Positions 53,430 through 64,000 of a stretch of DNA of 64,000 nt are shown here, one piece after another; positions within the stretch are counted from its first letter, which is position 1; each line of letters starts with the position of its first letter. The notes under the pieces were generated by a model, which saw only the letters and a list, made by a program, of their open reading frames with translations, did no database searches and was not told where the DNA came from. The position numbers and the translations under genes were made by a program. The DNA comes from Eledone cirrhosa (Eukaryota). The stretch lies in NCBI GenBank assembly GCA_964016885.1, contig OZ024740.1:392274001-392338000 (forward strand). Direction: 5' to 3'.

Positions 53430-54110
53430 AAGTCTGCAAACAGACATCCAACACAGAATTGAAGAGGTCAGAGAAAATAACAAAATCAATTACAAATCTC
53501 TGTCCCCAGTTTCTCTTATACCATGTGTATTTATGGATGTCTGTGTTGGAATAAGGTGTTCATAATAGAAAGCCCATTGCTAGAATAGAAGTCTAATAAG
53601 GTCTTTTCATTTGTATTTAAATCAGGATCGCTGTTCCTTTCAAAGACTTTTTTCCATGTTAGGTGGTCAGTGTCAACATGTGCATTGGCATCTCCCATTA
53701 GGATATAATAGTCAGTCTTAACTACATCTAACACTGCAGTGACTTCATTAAAGAAGGATCTGTATTGAAACTCTCTGGTGCATAATTTTGCACCACCTAC
53801 AGAGACTTTTTTTCAGCTTAAGCTTCAAGAGGCAAATCCTCCATCGAAATAGGATCTAGTTCATAACACATTCCAACAGCCAAGTAGTTGTGAGTATCCC
53901 CATTCCTTCCCCTGCTGTCATTTCTGGCTCCATACCTGAATAGTGAAGTTTCCATTCTCCAACGAAATCTACAGTACCAGAGCCACAGAACTTTGTTGAG
54001 GAAACCCTGACTATATCTAGCCAATGGCATCTGGCCTCTTCCACTAGTTCCTGCAGAGTTGTCATGTTCCAGTTACAAATTAAGAGTTGCTCCCTTGGGG
54101 ACCCAGGCGA
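53430..54110 (-). mobile_element. LINE AP-endonuclease fragment (RTE type)
   Basis: LLICNWNMTTL..ELVEEA..LDIVRVSSTK, WKLHYSG, ILMGDANAHV, LSIMNTLFQHR..HKYTWY. Confidence 0.85.
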
Positions 54111-54399
54111 GGTTGCCAGTTCTCACAGTGTTGGATGGAGATTACAATATATTTTTTGAACAGGCTCCTCTACCTGCCTGAATGTGTTCCTTGTTACCTC
54201 ACATGAAAGATGATGCAGTGTGAGTACTTTTATTGGAGTTTTTTAGGTGCATCTAGGAGCAATGACTAATCTCTCAGGCTGAAGTTACCAGAGCAATTAA
54301 AGAGCTCAACTGTTGCAAGGTCTCTGGTTAAGATGAAATTTAGCCCAACATAAATAGAGTAGATAAAATCATAAATAGAGAAGATATCTTCCGGCTGAC

Positions 54400-54900
54400 T
54401 TGTGTATGCCAGGTGGCCTGGATCTCTGGTAAGACACCTAAGCATGGCAATCAGGAGTGATAATCCTGCTAGTCAAAAAGGAGGACAAGAGAGATTTTTC
54501 TGTAAAGCCTATGCTAAATGTCTGACAAAGGGATGTAAGGATATTGTCAAGTCCAAGCTAGCTGATGAACAGTGTGGTTTTCACTCTGGACACAGCCCCA
54601 CCGACCAAATATTCACACTGCGGCAAGACTTTGAGAAATTGTGGGGGTACTGCCAAGAGGTGTATGCTTGCTTCATTGACCTTGAATAGGCATATGACCT
54701 TGTTCCACAGGACTTGCTATGGAGTATGGGATTGATAGTCAACTTCTTCTGATATCTCTATACGAATGTCATAATAATTGTGTTTGTATAAATGGTGCTA
54801 AATCAAAACCATTCAATGTGGAAGTCAGACTCTTTCAAGGGTGCATACTGTCATCACTCCTGTTCATGATCTTCATGAACAAGATTCACATGTGCAGCTG
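54400..54900 (+). mobile_element. RTE LINE RT fragment
   Basis: DEQCGFHSGHSPTDQIFTLRQ, YACFIDLE, QGCILSSLLFMIFM; same family as 62990-64000. Confidence 0.85.
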
Positions 54901-55858
54901 GGCTGAAAGGGGTATCAAGACTGGCAGGTTTCCAGCAGCACTTGATAGATTTATTGCTAACTGTTGAACAGCATGTGTATGCAGTTCCACTGAATCAGGG
55001 CATTTTTCATGAGTGATGGGCTTAGCCAAAGGAGAGAAATAGTAAAACAGAAGAGAAAGGACTGTTGTCCAAAGTACAGACAAAATGGACACAGACATTC
55101 ACTAATCTTTCATAATAGCATTTCTTTTCAGTATAGGAGTAAGTATGCCATTATCATACTGTACACAGCACCTCAATGACATCTTGTTTCTCCTTGGTAT
55201 ACTACCTAGAACACCTCACACCTCAGATTGTCATGTTGACAAACTTTTTACTTTCTAATTATAACTGGCATCTAGTTTCTCAGTATTTTCTTTTTGCTGA
55301 TCTGTTAATTCCAATTATCACAGGCCTGTGTCCTTTCTGGCTCTACCTACAGTACTATTCCATCACCAAGAAGACACCTTCCATTTGGCTAGAATGTTGA
55401 CAAGCCACAAATCTCACATTGTGGGTTCTCCCTTAGGAATTCCCTGTTTTCCTGTACATTATAAGAATCTATCTTTTTCTCTCTTCTCTTATGCATCAAA
55501 TTGCATTTCTCTGAACCTTTGTCTAGTTGATGGATTTTTAAACATCCCTAGGTTTGTCTAGTGTTTACTATCAAATCCCTAATCACCTATGTTGGGTGCT
55601 ACATTTTTCACTATTTTATAGTCTCTTGTTATGAAATCAATATGGTTTCTTCTGTATTTGCCTGATTGATAGGTGATTAGTTGGCTGGCCTGTTTCCTGA
55701 ATTTAGTGTTGCAAATGGCAAGGTCATTTGCACCATAGAACTACAGGACCCCTGATTCCACCTCATTCTTCATATCATATCCATAATCTGGAAAAGCCAT
55801 CTTAATTTTGTCAAAATCTCCAACAGTAATAATGAGGTTGTCATTCATTAATGAAGTA

Positions 55859-56018
55859 CCATATTTCCTGGTGCCGAAGACGCTTCATCCTCGAGGACGC
55901 ACCCTAATTTTGACAACCAAAAATTTGAAAAAAAATAATAAACAACCTTTGGCCTCCTGGAAGATTTTTGAGACTTATTTTAGCAAAAAAGTTGCATCTT
56001 CGATGCTGGGAAATACGG
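55859..56018. mobile_element. Tc1/mariner-pogo-type MITE with TA TSD
   Basis: ta-ccatatttcctggtgccgaagacgc ... gcatcttcgatgctgggaaatacgg-ta, imperfect TIR of about 25 bp. Confidence 0.75.
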
Positions 56019-56361
56019 TAGTTTATATAGGAGTGTAAAAGATGTTCTGCTGCCATCCCTGATTGTGATTCACAAACTGAGATAAATGTCACTGTCATGT
56101 TGTCCCACCTACATTTTTTTATCTAGTAATTTCTCTGCCATGTATATGCTTACTCTGTTCACGTGGTTTCTGGTATCTACCCAGAAGTGTATATCATGAC
56201 TCATACACTTCACTTTCCTGACATTTGTACATTATTCTATGTACTATACATGCACCTCTGATGAATTGTAGTACACAATCATTTTCAGCATATCTATATA
56301 TATATATATAACCCATGCTAGCGTGGAAGATGGACGTTAAACGAAGATGATGAAGATATAT

Positions 56362-56636
56362 AATACAGCTTAGCACTAGTGACATTGCAACTCATTTCTA
56401 CAGTGAACTTGAGCAAACTTGAAATAAAGTGTGGTCTTAGAATCGAACTCACAACCACACGATTGTAAGCCCAATGTTCTAACCATTAAGCCATGTGCCT
56501 TCACACACACATATGTGTGTGTGCGTGTGTGATGGCTTAATGGTTAGAACATTGATTCTTAGACCACACTTTATTTCAAGTTTGCTCAAGTTCACTGTAG
56601 AAATGAGTTGCGATGTCACTAGTGCCAAGCTGTATT
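56362..56636. repeat. Fold-back (inverted) duplication of a SINE head
   Basis: Outer arms of about 83 bp and inner arms of about 23 bp are nearly perfect complements; centre cacacacacatatgtgtgtgtg. Confidence 0.9.
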
Positions 56637-56899
56637 TGCCTTTCCCTAGGGAACATCAGTGGCATAGAGAGGAGAGACCGGTATGAATGGGCGATTATTG
56701 GTCTTCCACAAACAACCTTGCCTGGACTTGTGCTTCAGAGGGGAACTTTCTAAGTGCAAATCCCATGGTCACCGAAGGAGGTTTTACCCATACCCTATAT
56801 ATAACAAATATAAATCATAATAAAACCATCTCAATTTAGTTGTTTCACAAAAGCTCAATGAAAATTTGATGCTAAAAAAATGTTATATTTCAGAACATC

Positions 56900-57040
56900 A
56901 GTCGGATGCCATGCTTTGCAGTATAGAGTTGCAGCCCTTTACGAGAATAACTTTGCCTTTCATCCTTATGGGGTTGATAAAATAAACTACCAGTAATGCA
57001 CTGGAATACTGACCTTGTGCCAAAAGTAGAAACAATTATA
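56900..57040 (+). mobile_element. Family-A SINE, partial
   Basis: Core and tail present. Confidence 0.75.
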
Positions 57041-59029
57041 GTTTGTAATACATGTAAGAGGGCAGTATATAATCAGGACAGAAGTTATTACATTACTATT
57101 AGATTTTCGCCTATACCACAGTTTCAAAATATTAATAAAAAATTAAAAAATGTATAAATATAATCTAACTCACAAAAATATTTCTCAGTATGTACTGGGA
57201 TAACAACTATATAAGGCAATAGCTAGGTCTTTTTATGATCAAAGGTATTTACAGGTGGTGATGTCTATTGTTTTCACAGAAAGCTACAATACATATTCAC
57301 AGCCGATCTTGGATAATGCAGAATAAAATGTTTAATCAAGAAAACAATGAAATTCCTGATGAATCAAATGTCTCTCCAAAACTAGGTTTAACCAGATTTT
57401 TACATTTAGATACATGTATAAATGAATTTTCTGAAAATACTGTTGGAAACGTAAAACGTATTTACCTTCCGTAGGTTAAACTAAGGGAGGTAACCTGGAA
57501 AGCTGAGAGAAACGCCATTGTATCGCCTTAAGAATTGGCACCAGTGAAAAATCATGAACCCTTATTTTTATAATTGGGAGTCTTGAAGGTAGGAGATAAC
57601 ACTTTTCTTGTATATATTAATGCAGTGTTGTCATTCGAGCTGCAAATTGAATACCTAGTGTATTCTATCACATACTGAGTGATTGATAGGCTGAATCACA
57701 AGTGCAATGGACAAAATTGCCTTGTGGTATTTAGTTAAACTCAGAATATAATGGTATATTCTGAGTTTATGTTTCAAGGGTCACCAAAGTTCTTTTCTCG
57801 AAAAATGCTTGGCCTTGTGCCTATATAATAATTTATCACTTATTAGTAATGTTTATCAACTAAGGCATCACTGAAAACCAAAACTTTGAATTCACTTGTT
57901 ACATGCTGTAAAGAGGTTGGTATTAGGAAGGACACCATATGTAGAAAACATGCTCCCAGTACACGCTGTAAAGTGGTTGGCATAATGAAGGGCATCTAGT
58001 TATAGAACCCAATCCAAAACAAAATGTATGAACAGGACTTAGTCACCTGACCACTTATGCCTCAGCAGGTGACAGCTGTAACTTATGCATGCATGAAAAA
58101 TAGACATTGCAAGTAAAAGGTATGAAAACTCAACCAATTGATTTTTGTTGAGAATTCATCTCTAATAAAAGAACAAGAAATACCTTTCATTCTCACAAAT
58201 ATTTTATTTCATTTTATCTTTCTTTTTCTTTAACTTTCTTCAAAGGATCTATCAGACTTTAATTCAGTGAAAGCGGAATGGGTATAATTTTTTAAAACAT
58301 TTTTCAATGTGAAAGACAGTTATTAATTTTGAAAATGATACAAGATTGGCCTGAAAATTAACATATGATAGTTGGCAGTATGGCAGCAATATTTCCCCAA
58401 AAAAATGTTGAGTGAGGTAGAAATATAAATCTCTCTCTCTGTCTCACATGCTCAACATACAACCAAATATATTACATGTATTCTGATCCATCCATAATAT
58501 TAATATAAGACTGATAGTTCAGCAGCAAAGCAACAGACTTGGGATGATAAGATTACGAGTAAACATCCATGCATTGCATAATACAAGGAGGCATAGAAAA
58601 TAGTGTGGTGGTGTATTCAAAATGATAAATCAAAATATAGCCCATAGTTTTAATTGCTTTTATCCAATAAGAATCTGGTTTTATACAGGCACAAGGCCTT
58701 ATGGCTGCGGGGCAGGGACAAAAGATAATGTGATGTTTATGCCCATGCTAAAGGCAATATTAATTTTAGTGGAGTAGCTTCAACTAAACTTTATTTTGAT
58801 ATGAAATTCACACATACGAATGAAAACCTATGATACTAATGATCCTTGGAATGTACTAATGAATAGAAAAGGGTGTCTTATATTTCATATTATAAAAATG
58901 AATTTAAATAATGAAACAATTACCCCCACACTCTGGCATATATTAAAACAAATAGATCATCAGTAAATTAATCTTCTATATATATTGTAAACTAAATACT
59001 AAATGGTATCATACTGAATGATTGACATA

Positions 59030-60392
59030 GCAGTATCATTGTCAAGTGCTACAAGGGTAAAGGAATATACTAGATTGAGAAAACTAAAGAGGTATCAAGT
59101 TGATGGACCAGGTCATGAAGGTAAGAGTTATAGCACAGCTGATTAGGGAACAGGTTAACCTAGATGAGATGCAGTTCGGATTTGTGTCAGGTAAAAGTAC
59201 CACTGATGCCCTCTTCCTTGTGAAGCAACTACAGGAGAAATACTTAGCTAAAAGTAAGTCCCTCTACTTGGTCCTAGTAAGTAGAAAGGAAAACAGGGCC
59301 TTGATCCTCTCAGGGAAATGGCCTTGCTCAGTGTATAGGAAAGTCGTATATAGAAATTACATCCTTTGTCGCAAATGCAAACTATGGTTACAAGAGACAC
59401 AGAGGGATCTCAGGTAGGTTAGCAAAGAATGTAGGTTTTACATGTGGTCATTGCAAATGAACAGTAAGCAGCAAACGCCCACAGGAAACAAGCACTATCA
59501 AATTCTTGGAAGGTTTTGTAGAAACAGTAGACGGCTTCTGCTAATTGGGTGACCAAATTAACAGAGGAGATGGGTATTCCAAAAGTACAGTAGCCAGAGT
59601 GAGAATGGGATGAAAAAAGTTCAGGAAGCTACTACCACTTCTAGCTACAAAAGGTTTTCTCCTCAAAATGAAAGGCAGATTGTACGATGAGTGTACATGA
59701 ACAGCAATGTTGCATGGTAGCGAGGCCTGGGCGCTGTGTAGATTGGAAAGAAATGAAGCTTGAATGGCAAAGCGTAAATGAACTGAGAGAGAACCTAGAC
59801 ATAAGAGGGATCAAACGCAGTGTGCAGGAAAGGAGATTGCATTGGTATGGATATGTGATGCATTTGAAGGATGACAGTTGCATAAAAAGGTGCAGCATGC
59901 TCAAAGTTGATGGAAATTATGATGTAGGAAGACTTGGGATGAGGTGATAAAAGCTGACCTTGCACAATTGCACAGGAGCGAGAATTCTGGTGATATGCTG
60001 TAATACAGAAGATCCATCGTCCCATGTGCACGGGTTGAAGCACACATCTTGCATGCACCACCTTCCCTTCCATCCCCCTCCCATGTCTTAGACACCCATA
60101 CCATTCCTATGTCCCCAGCCCACTCTGTAAAGTGGTTGTGTTGGTGACACGACAAAATGTGTCTAGTCCACACTGTAGCGTGTTCATGTAGGTGTCAATG
60201 ATAAAAAGCACCCAGTACACAATGTAAATGTGGTTAGCGTTAGGAAGGGCATCCAACCGTAGAAACCAAGCCCAAATCAGTTCTGTATGAACAAGACATG
60301 GTCCTCTGACCTGGTTTGTCTCACAACGGGATGACATGTCTAACCCATGCTAGCATGGAAAAATGGACATTAAATGGTGATGATGATGATGA
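59030..60392 (+). mobile_element. RTE LINE remnant with extended 3' region (same layout as 37470-38458)
   Basis: DEMQFGFVSGKSTTDALFLVKQLQEKY, ELRENLDIRGIKRSVQERRLHWYGYVM, then spacer, repeat units, ttaggaagggcatccaacc and tail cccatgctagcatggaaaaatggac...(tga)n. Confidence 0.85.
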
Positions 60393-62088
60393 TATATATT
60401 ACAGTTTAAAAATTGGAGAGTGAACCCACAAAAATAACCATTTCTGACATAAGTGTGGTGTCTAAGTTTTATAATGAAAAAGGGAATTAGCAATTGTGAC
60501 TGATGCATCTCTCAAAGCTATTATGAGTCAAAACTGGATCACAGACACCAAGAGCTTATTTTACACACCACCGTATTTGATATGAACCATAGAATAAATG
60601 AGAACATATAATGAATTGAATGATAAAGTGAAAAATAGAGAGAAATATTTGAATTTTGTTAAATATAAACATTTGAATAATTTTTACCCCAGTAAAAACC
60701 AAAAAAAAGTTGAAGCAAATTATTTAATAAGATTTTAAAAGGCAGAACTTGATTAGGAAATTTACATTTATATTTAGATGAAAAGGCTCAAACAATATCA
60801 TATTAATCAAAGATGCAATAAATGTTATAAGAAGCCAAAACCTGATTTCACTACATTAATAAATGATATACAATTCATATATGAAATAGTGGCTTATATT
60901 ATTTGAGAAAAAAATTCAATTCGAGTGATTTCTTAAAACTAATTTCGAGATATTCAAATGTTTAAACACTGTTGTAGATTTGGAAGAATGGGATATTTGA
61001 ATATACCAATATTGCTAGAATCATTTTACAAGACTTAACTTAAGCAATGTTCAGTTTAGTGTTAAAATAAATATCATTGGTTAAAAATCTATTAAAATAT
61101 TAGGAGTCATGTATATGTGCTCCAACTGGGATTGGGCTAATAAATCTTTATGGCATGTAGAGTTCCATTTTACCACTATGCCTGTATCACAAGGATGGAT
61201 AAAGGCATTGGACTCTAGCATATAATAAAGGTTTGTAACATCAATCCCAGCTGAAGTTTATGTTCACTTGATGGTGGATAGATACTGATTGCAACATTAT
61301 ATTTCTATTAAACAGTCTAGAAAATGTTTCCATCAGTACTTGCTAGTAGCCAATCTTAAAATAACAAAACAAAAACTGCTCTATCTCTGCGTAATATAAT
61401 AATTCGAGAAAAGCAATTTCATTTGTGCATACTAAAACAACACTTTATATGTAATCTGTTTGAATTGATATGAAAATTTCATATCTTTTCATAAAGTTAC
61501 ATAAACAAAAAAGATCTTTTTTCTTAATAGTGGACAAAAAAATAAAACAAAAATTTTTAAAGAACATGTTAATATATAAATATATATTTCAAAAATTGTT
61601 TGATTGAGTTTTCCTGGACTGAATTTCTGGAGATCAATGAAATACAATTTTTTTCCCCAATTTCTCACAATTATTTTATTTACTCATTTTTGTGTTTTCA
61701 TCATTCAAGAATTTCATTTCTTTTCTAGGTTGCACAAAGAAAAAACAAACAAAACAAGCTTGATTTCTTTTAAAGATATAAATAAATTTCTATATAAAAC
61801 AGTTACAAACACATCAATTTTACAATTTCTTCCATATAGAAACTGTATTGATTTAAGTATTTGATATTTCGGTAATGTTTAAAAATCTGGGACGGTTTAT
61901 CGGTGATTAAAAGATGACATAAAAATACTGGTAATTTGAATAGTATCAATATTAATTGCATATCGTGATAGTACCAGCCATTTATCCACCAGACGATTGC
62001 TGATAACTCAGCAATAAATTGTGAGATATTAGTAATGAAATAGTTTTGAGCTGGTTTGCAACAACAAATAAAGCTATTTGGATGTAAA

Positions 62089-62213
62089 CTAATCTTTTCT
62101 AGACTTATCACGTCTTCGTTTGGAAGCATCTTGTGAACTGGAATTTTCATTGGCATACAGCTCACGTATGAAACCAAATCGTTGTAAGAAGAAGCGCCAA
62201 ACCAAATACCAGC
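62089..62213 (-). CDS. SMIM13: SMIM13 (UPF0766)-like small membrane protein, last coding exon
   Basis: - strand polypyrimidine tract and ttcacag|gc acceptor; (G)WYLVWRFFLQRFGFIRELYANENSSSQDASKRRRDKSRKD* resembles the SMIM13 motif GWYxVWxxFLxxFxFxREL; 125 nt, phase 1. First exon not found in the window. Confidence 0.82.
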
Positions 62214-62727
62214 CTGTGAAGAAAATTGGAAAAAAAAAAAAAAATATTTTAGTTACAACATAAAAAGGTACCAAATACTGTGTGTATACCCCAATGTAAA
62301 AGACCACAAAATAGTTGTTCACTATAAATAGTGAGTAAATCGGGTAAAGCACCTCTGGAGACAAAAAAAGTGGACAGTGGCACCTGTGAGGAATCAATTA
62401 CACAAGTCTTGCATGCCAGTGAGTGCATTAACCACTCAACTCCCATCTATTTAGAAAATTTTAAGCCTGTAACTAAAATGGCTGACTTAAGAAGCATTAG
62501 AACTGTCTCCAAGAGTGCTTTACCTGATTTTCCCCAACTGTTTAAAAATGATTCAAATGTTCCTAAAGTTTTTGAAGTCAACAGTTATTTATATATATGA
62601 TATATGAGTGCGTGTGTATATATGTATATAGTGTGTGTGTGTGTATGTGAATTTCCTTTATCTAAAGATATACAGTACATTTAATAAATAAACATTTTAA
62701 AAGTCCAACTATATTGAAAGGTTGACA

Positions 62728-62746
62728 GCTAGTGCCATCTAGCGGA
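62728..62746 (-). promoter_or_regulatory. CTCF-like motif
   Basis: - strand tCCGCTAGATGGCACtagc resembles the CTCF consensus; motif match only. Confidence 0.35.
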
Positions 62747-62836
62747 TTCCAGCAGAAGCACTGGGAGACAACTGTCTATGCACATTTTGAGTTTCTGGCT
62801 TCCATTAGGACAGTGCTTCCCAGCTCTCTGCTGGAA
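62747..62836. other. Imperfect GC-rich hairpin
   Basis: Stems ttccagcaga/tctgctggaa, ctggga/tcccag and actgtc/gacagt separated by small internal loops. Confidence 0.65.
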
Positions 62837-62989
62837 CTTAAAAACAAGCGAAAATACATATTTTGTTTTGTGTGTTAGGTGAGTTGATTAGCCTTATTTG
62901 CAAATGAAACTGTATAAGAAGGTTCAATTTAAAAGTAGAATTAAAATTTAGCTTCAGCAGGTGTTCTCTGGCCGTCTTGCGTGTGCCGG

Positions 62990-64000
62990 GCGGCTTGGAT
63001 CTCTGGAAAGGCACCTAAGCAGTGGCAATCGGGGGGTGATAATCACAATTTTCAAAAAGGGAGACAAGAGAGATTGTTCCAATTATAGAGGAATCTCCTT
63101 GTTAAGCCTCTCCGGTAATTATCTGGCAAAGAGATGTAGGGAGATTGTCGAGTCCAAGTGGTTTTCACCCTGCAAGCTAAGCAAATATTTACACTGCGGC
63201 AGGTCTTCGAGAAATCGTGGGAGTATTGCAAAGAGTTATATTCTTGTTTTGTAGACCTTGAAAAGGCACATGGTCACATTCCTCAGGACCTGCTGTGGAA
63301 AGTTCTGCAGGAGTATGGGATTGATGGCCAGCTTCTTGTTGCCCTGATGTGTCTATACAAATATTGGAGTATTTGTGTTCGGATAAATGGTGCTAAATCG
63401 AAACCATCCAATGTGGGAGTTGGACTCCACCAAGGGTGCATATTATTACCTATCCTGTTCATTATTTTCATGAACATGATTGACATTCGCAGCTGGGTTG
63501 GAAGTGGTATCATAACTGGCAAGTGTAAAATCAGTCAGCTGGAGCTAGCATATGACATGGTGTTACTTAACTTGACAAAACGTGATCCCTGTCTTGCATT
63601 CGATAGGTTTGATGCTAAGTGGTGCTTGGCTGGAATGAAAAATCAATGCTGCGAAAACTGAGACACTCTTCCTCTCAAGGAAGCCTGCACAGTGCACTCT
63701 ACATGTGAATGAAGTTCCACTGAAGCAAGTAGAGAAGTTCAAGTATCTCAGGGTCGTGTTCATGAGTGATGGAAGTCAGGAGGCTGAAGCAAGTACAAGA
63801 ATTGCAAAAGCTGGTGCAGTAATGTGCCAGCATCAGCATTCAGAAGGGAAGTAGGTGTAAAAGTTAAACTTGCTATCTTCAATTCAGTATTTGTGCCAAC
63901 CCTTACCTATGGTCATGAATCTTGGGTAATGACTGAAATAATACAATTGCAAATACAAGCGGCCAAAATGGGGTTCCTCTGAACGGTCTTTAAGGTAATG
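62990..64000 (+). mobile_element. RTE LINE RT remnant, runs off the window end
   Basis: IFKKGDKRDCSNYRGISLLS, CFVDLEKA, GLHQGCILLPILF, LAYDMVLL (decayed YADD region), VEKFKYLRVVF, TYGHESWVMT. Confidence 0.9.

Noticed and set aside
61803-62177. 124-aa - strand ORF overlapping the SMIM13 exon
   Set aside because: Alternative frame running into the AT-rich presumed 3' UTR; no recognisable motif.

Overview
AT-rich, intron- and repeat-rich eukaryotic DNA; the repeat families look like those of a mollusc, probably an octopus (inference). The window holds the last five coding exons of PGS1 (mitochondrial phosphatidylglycerophosphate synthase, + strand, 19945-51193, ending ...IKNFF*) and the last coding exon of a convergent SMIM13-like gene (- strand, 62089-62213). 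The 5' exons of both genes were not found and probably lie outside the window. The rest is mostly transposon debris: two head-to-head Gypsy 3' halves joined at a 20-bp inverted repeat, fragments of RTE, R4/Dong, Tx1 and CR1 LINEs, many copies of one tRNA-derived SINE, seven piggyBac-type TTAA MITEs, a Helitron, hAT and Tc1/pogo-type MITEs, and microsatellites. Points of interest are SINEs inserting into the tails of their own family, a MITE sitting in the same TTAA of a host element twice in opposite orientations, long hairpins, Penelope-type minimal hammerhead motifs and a VNTR-bearing RTE chimera. No prokaryotic system (such as CRISPR) is supported. Exon boundaries were read base by base; most transposon boundaries are approximate.
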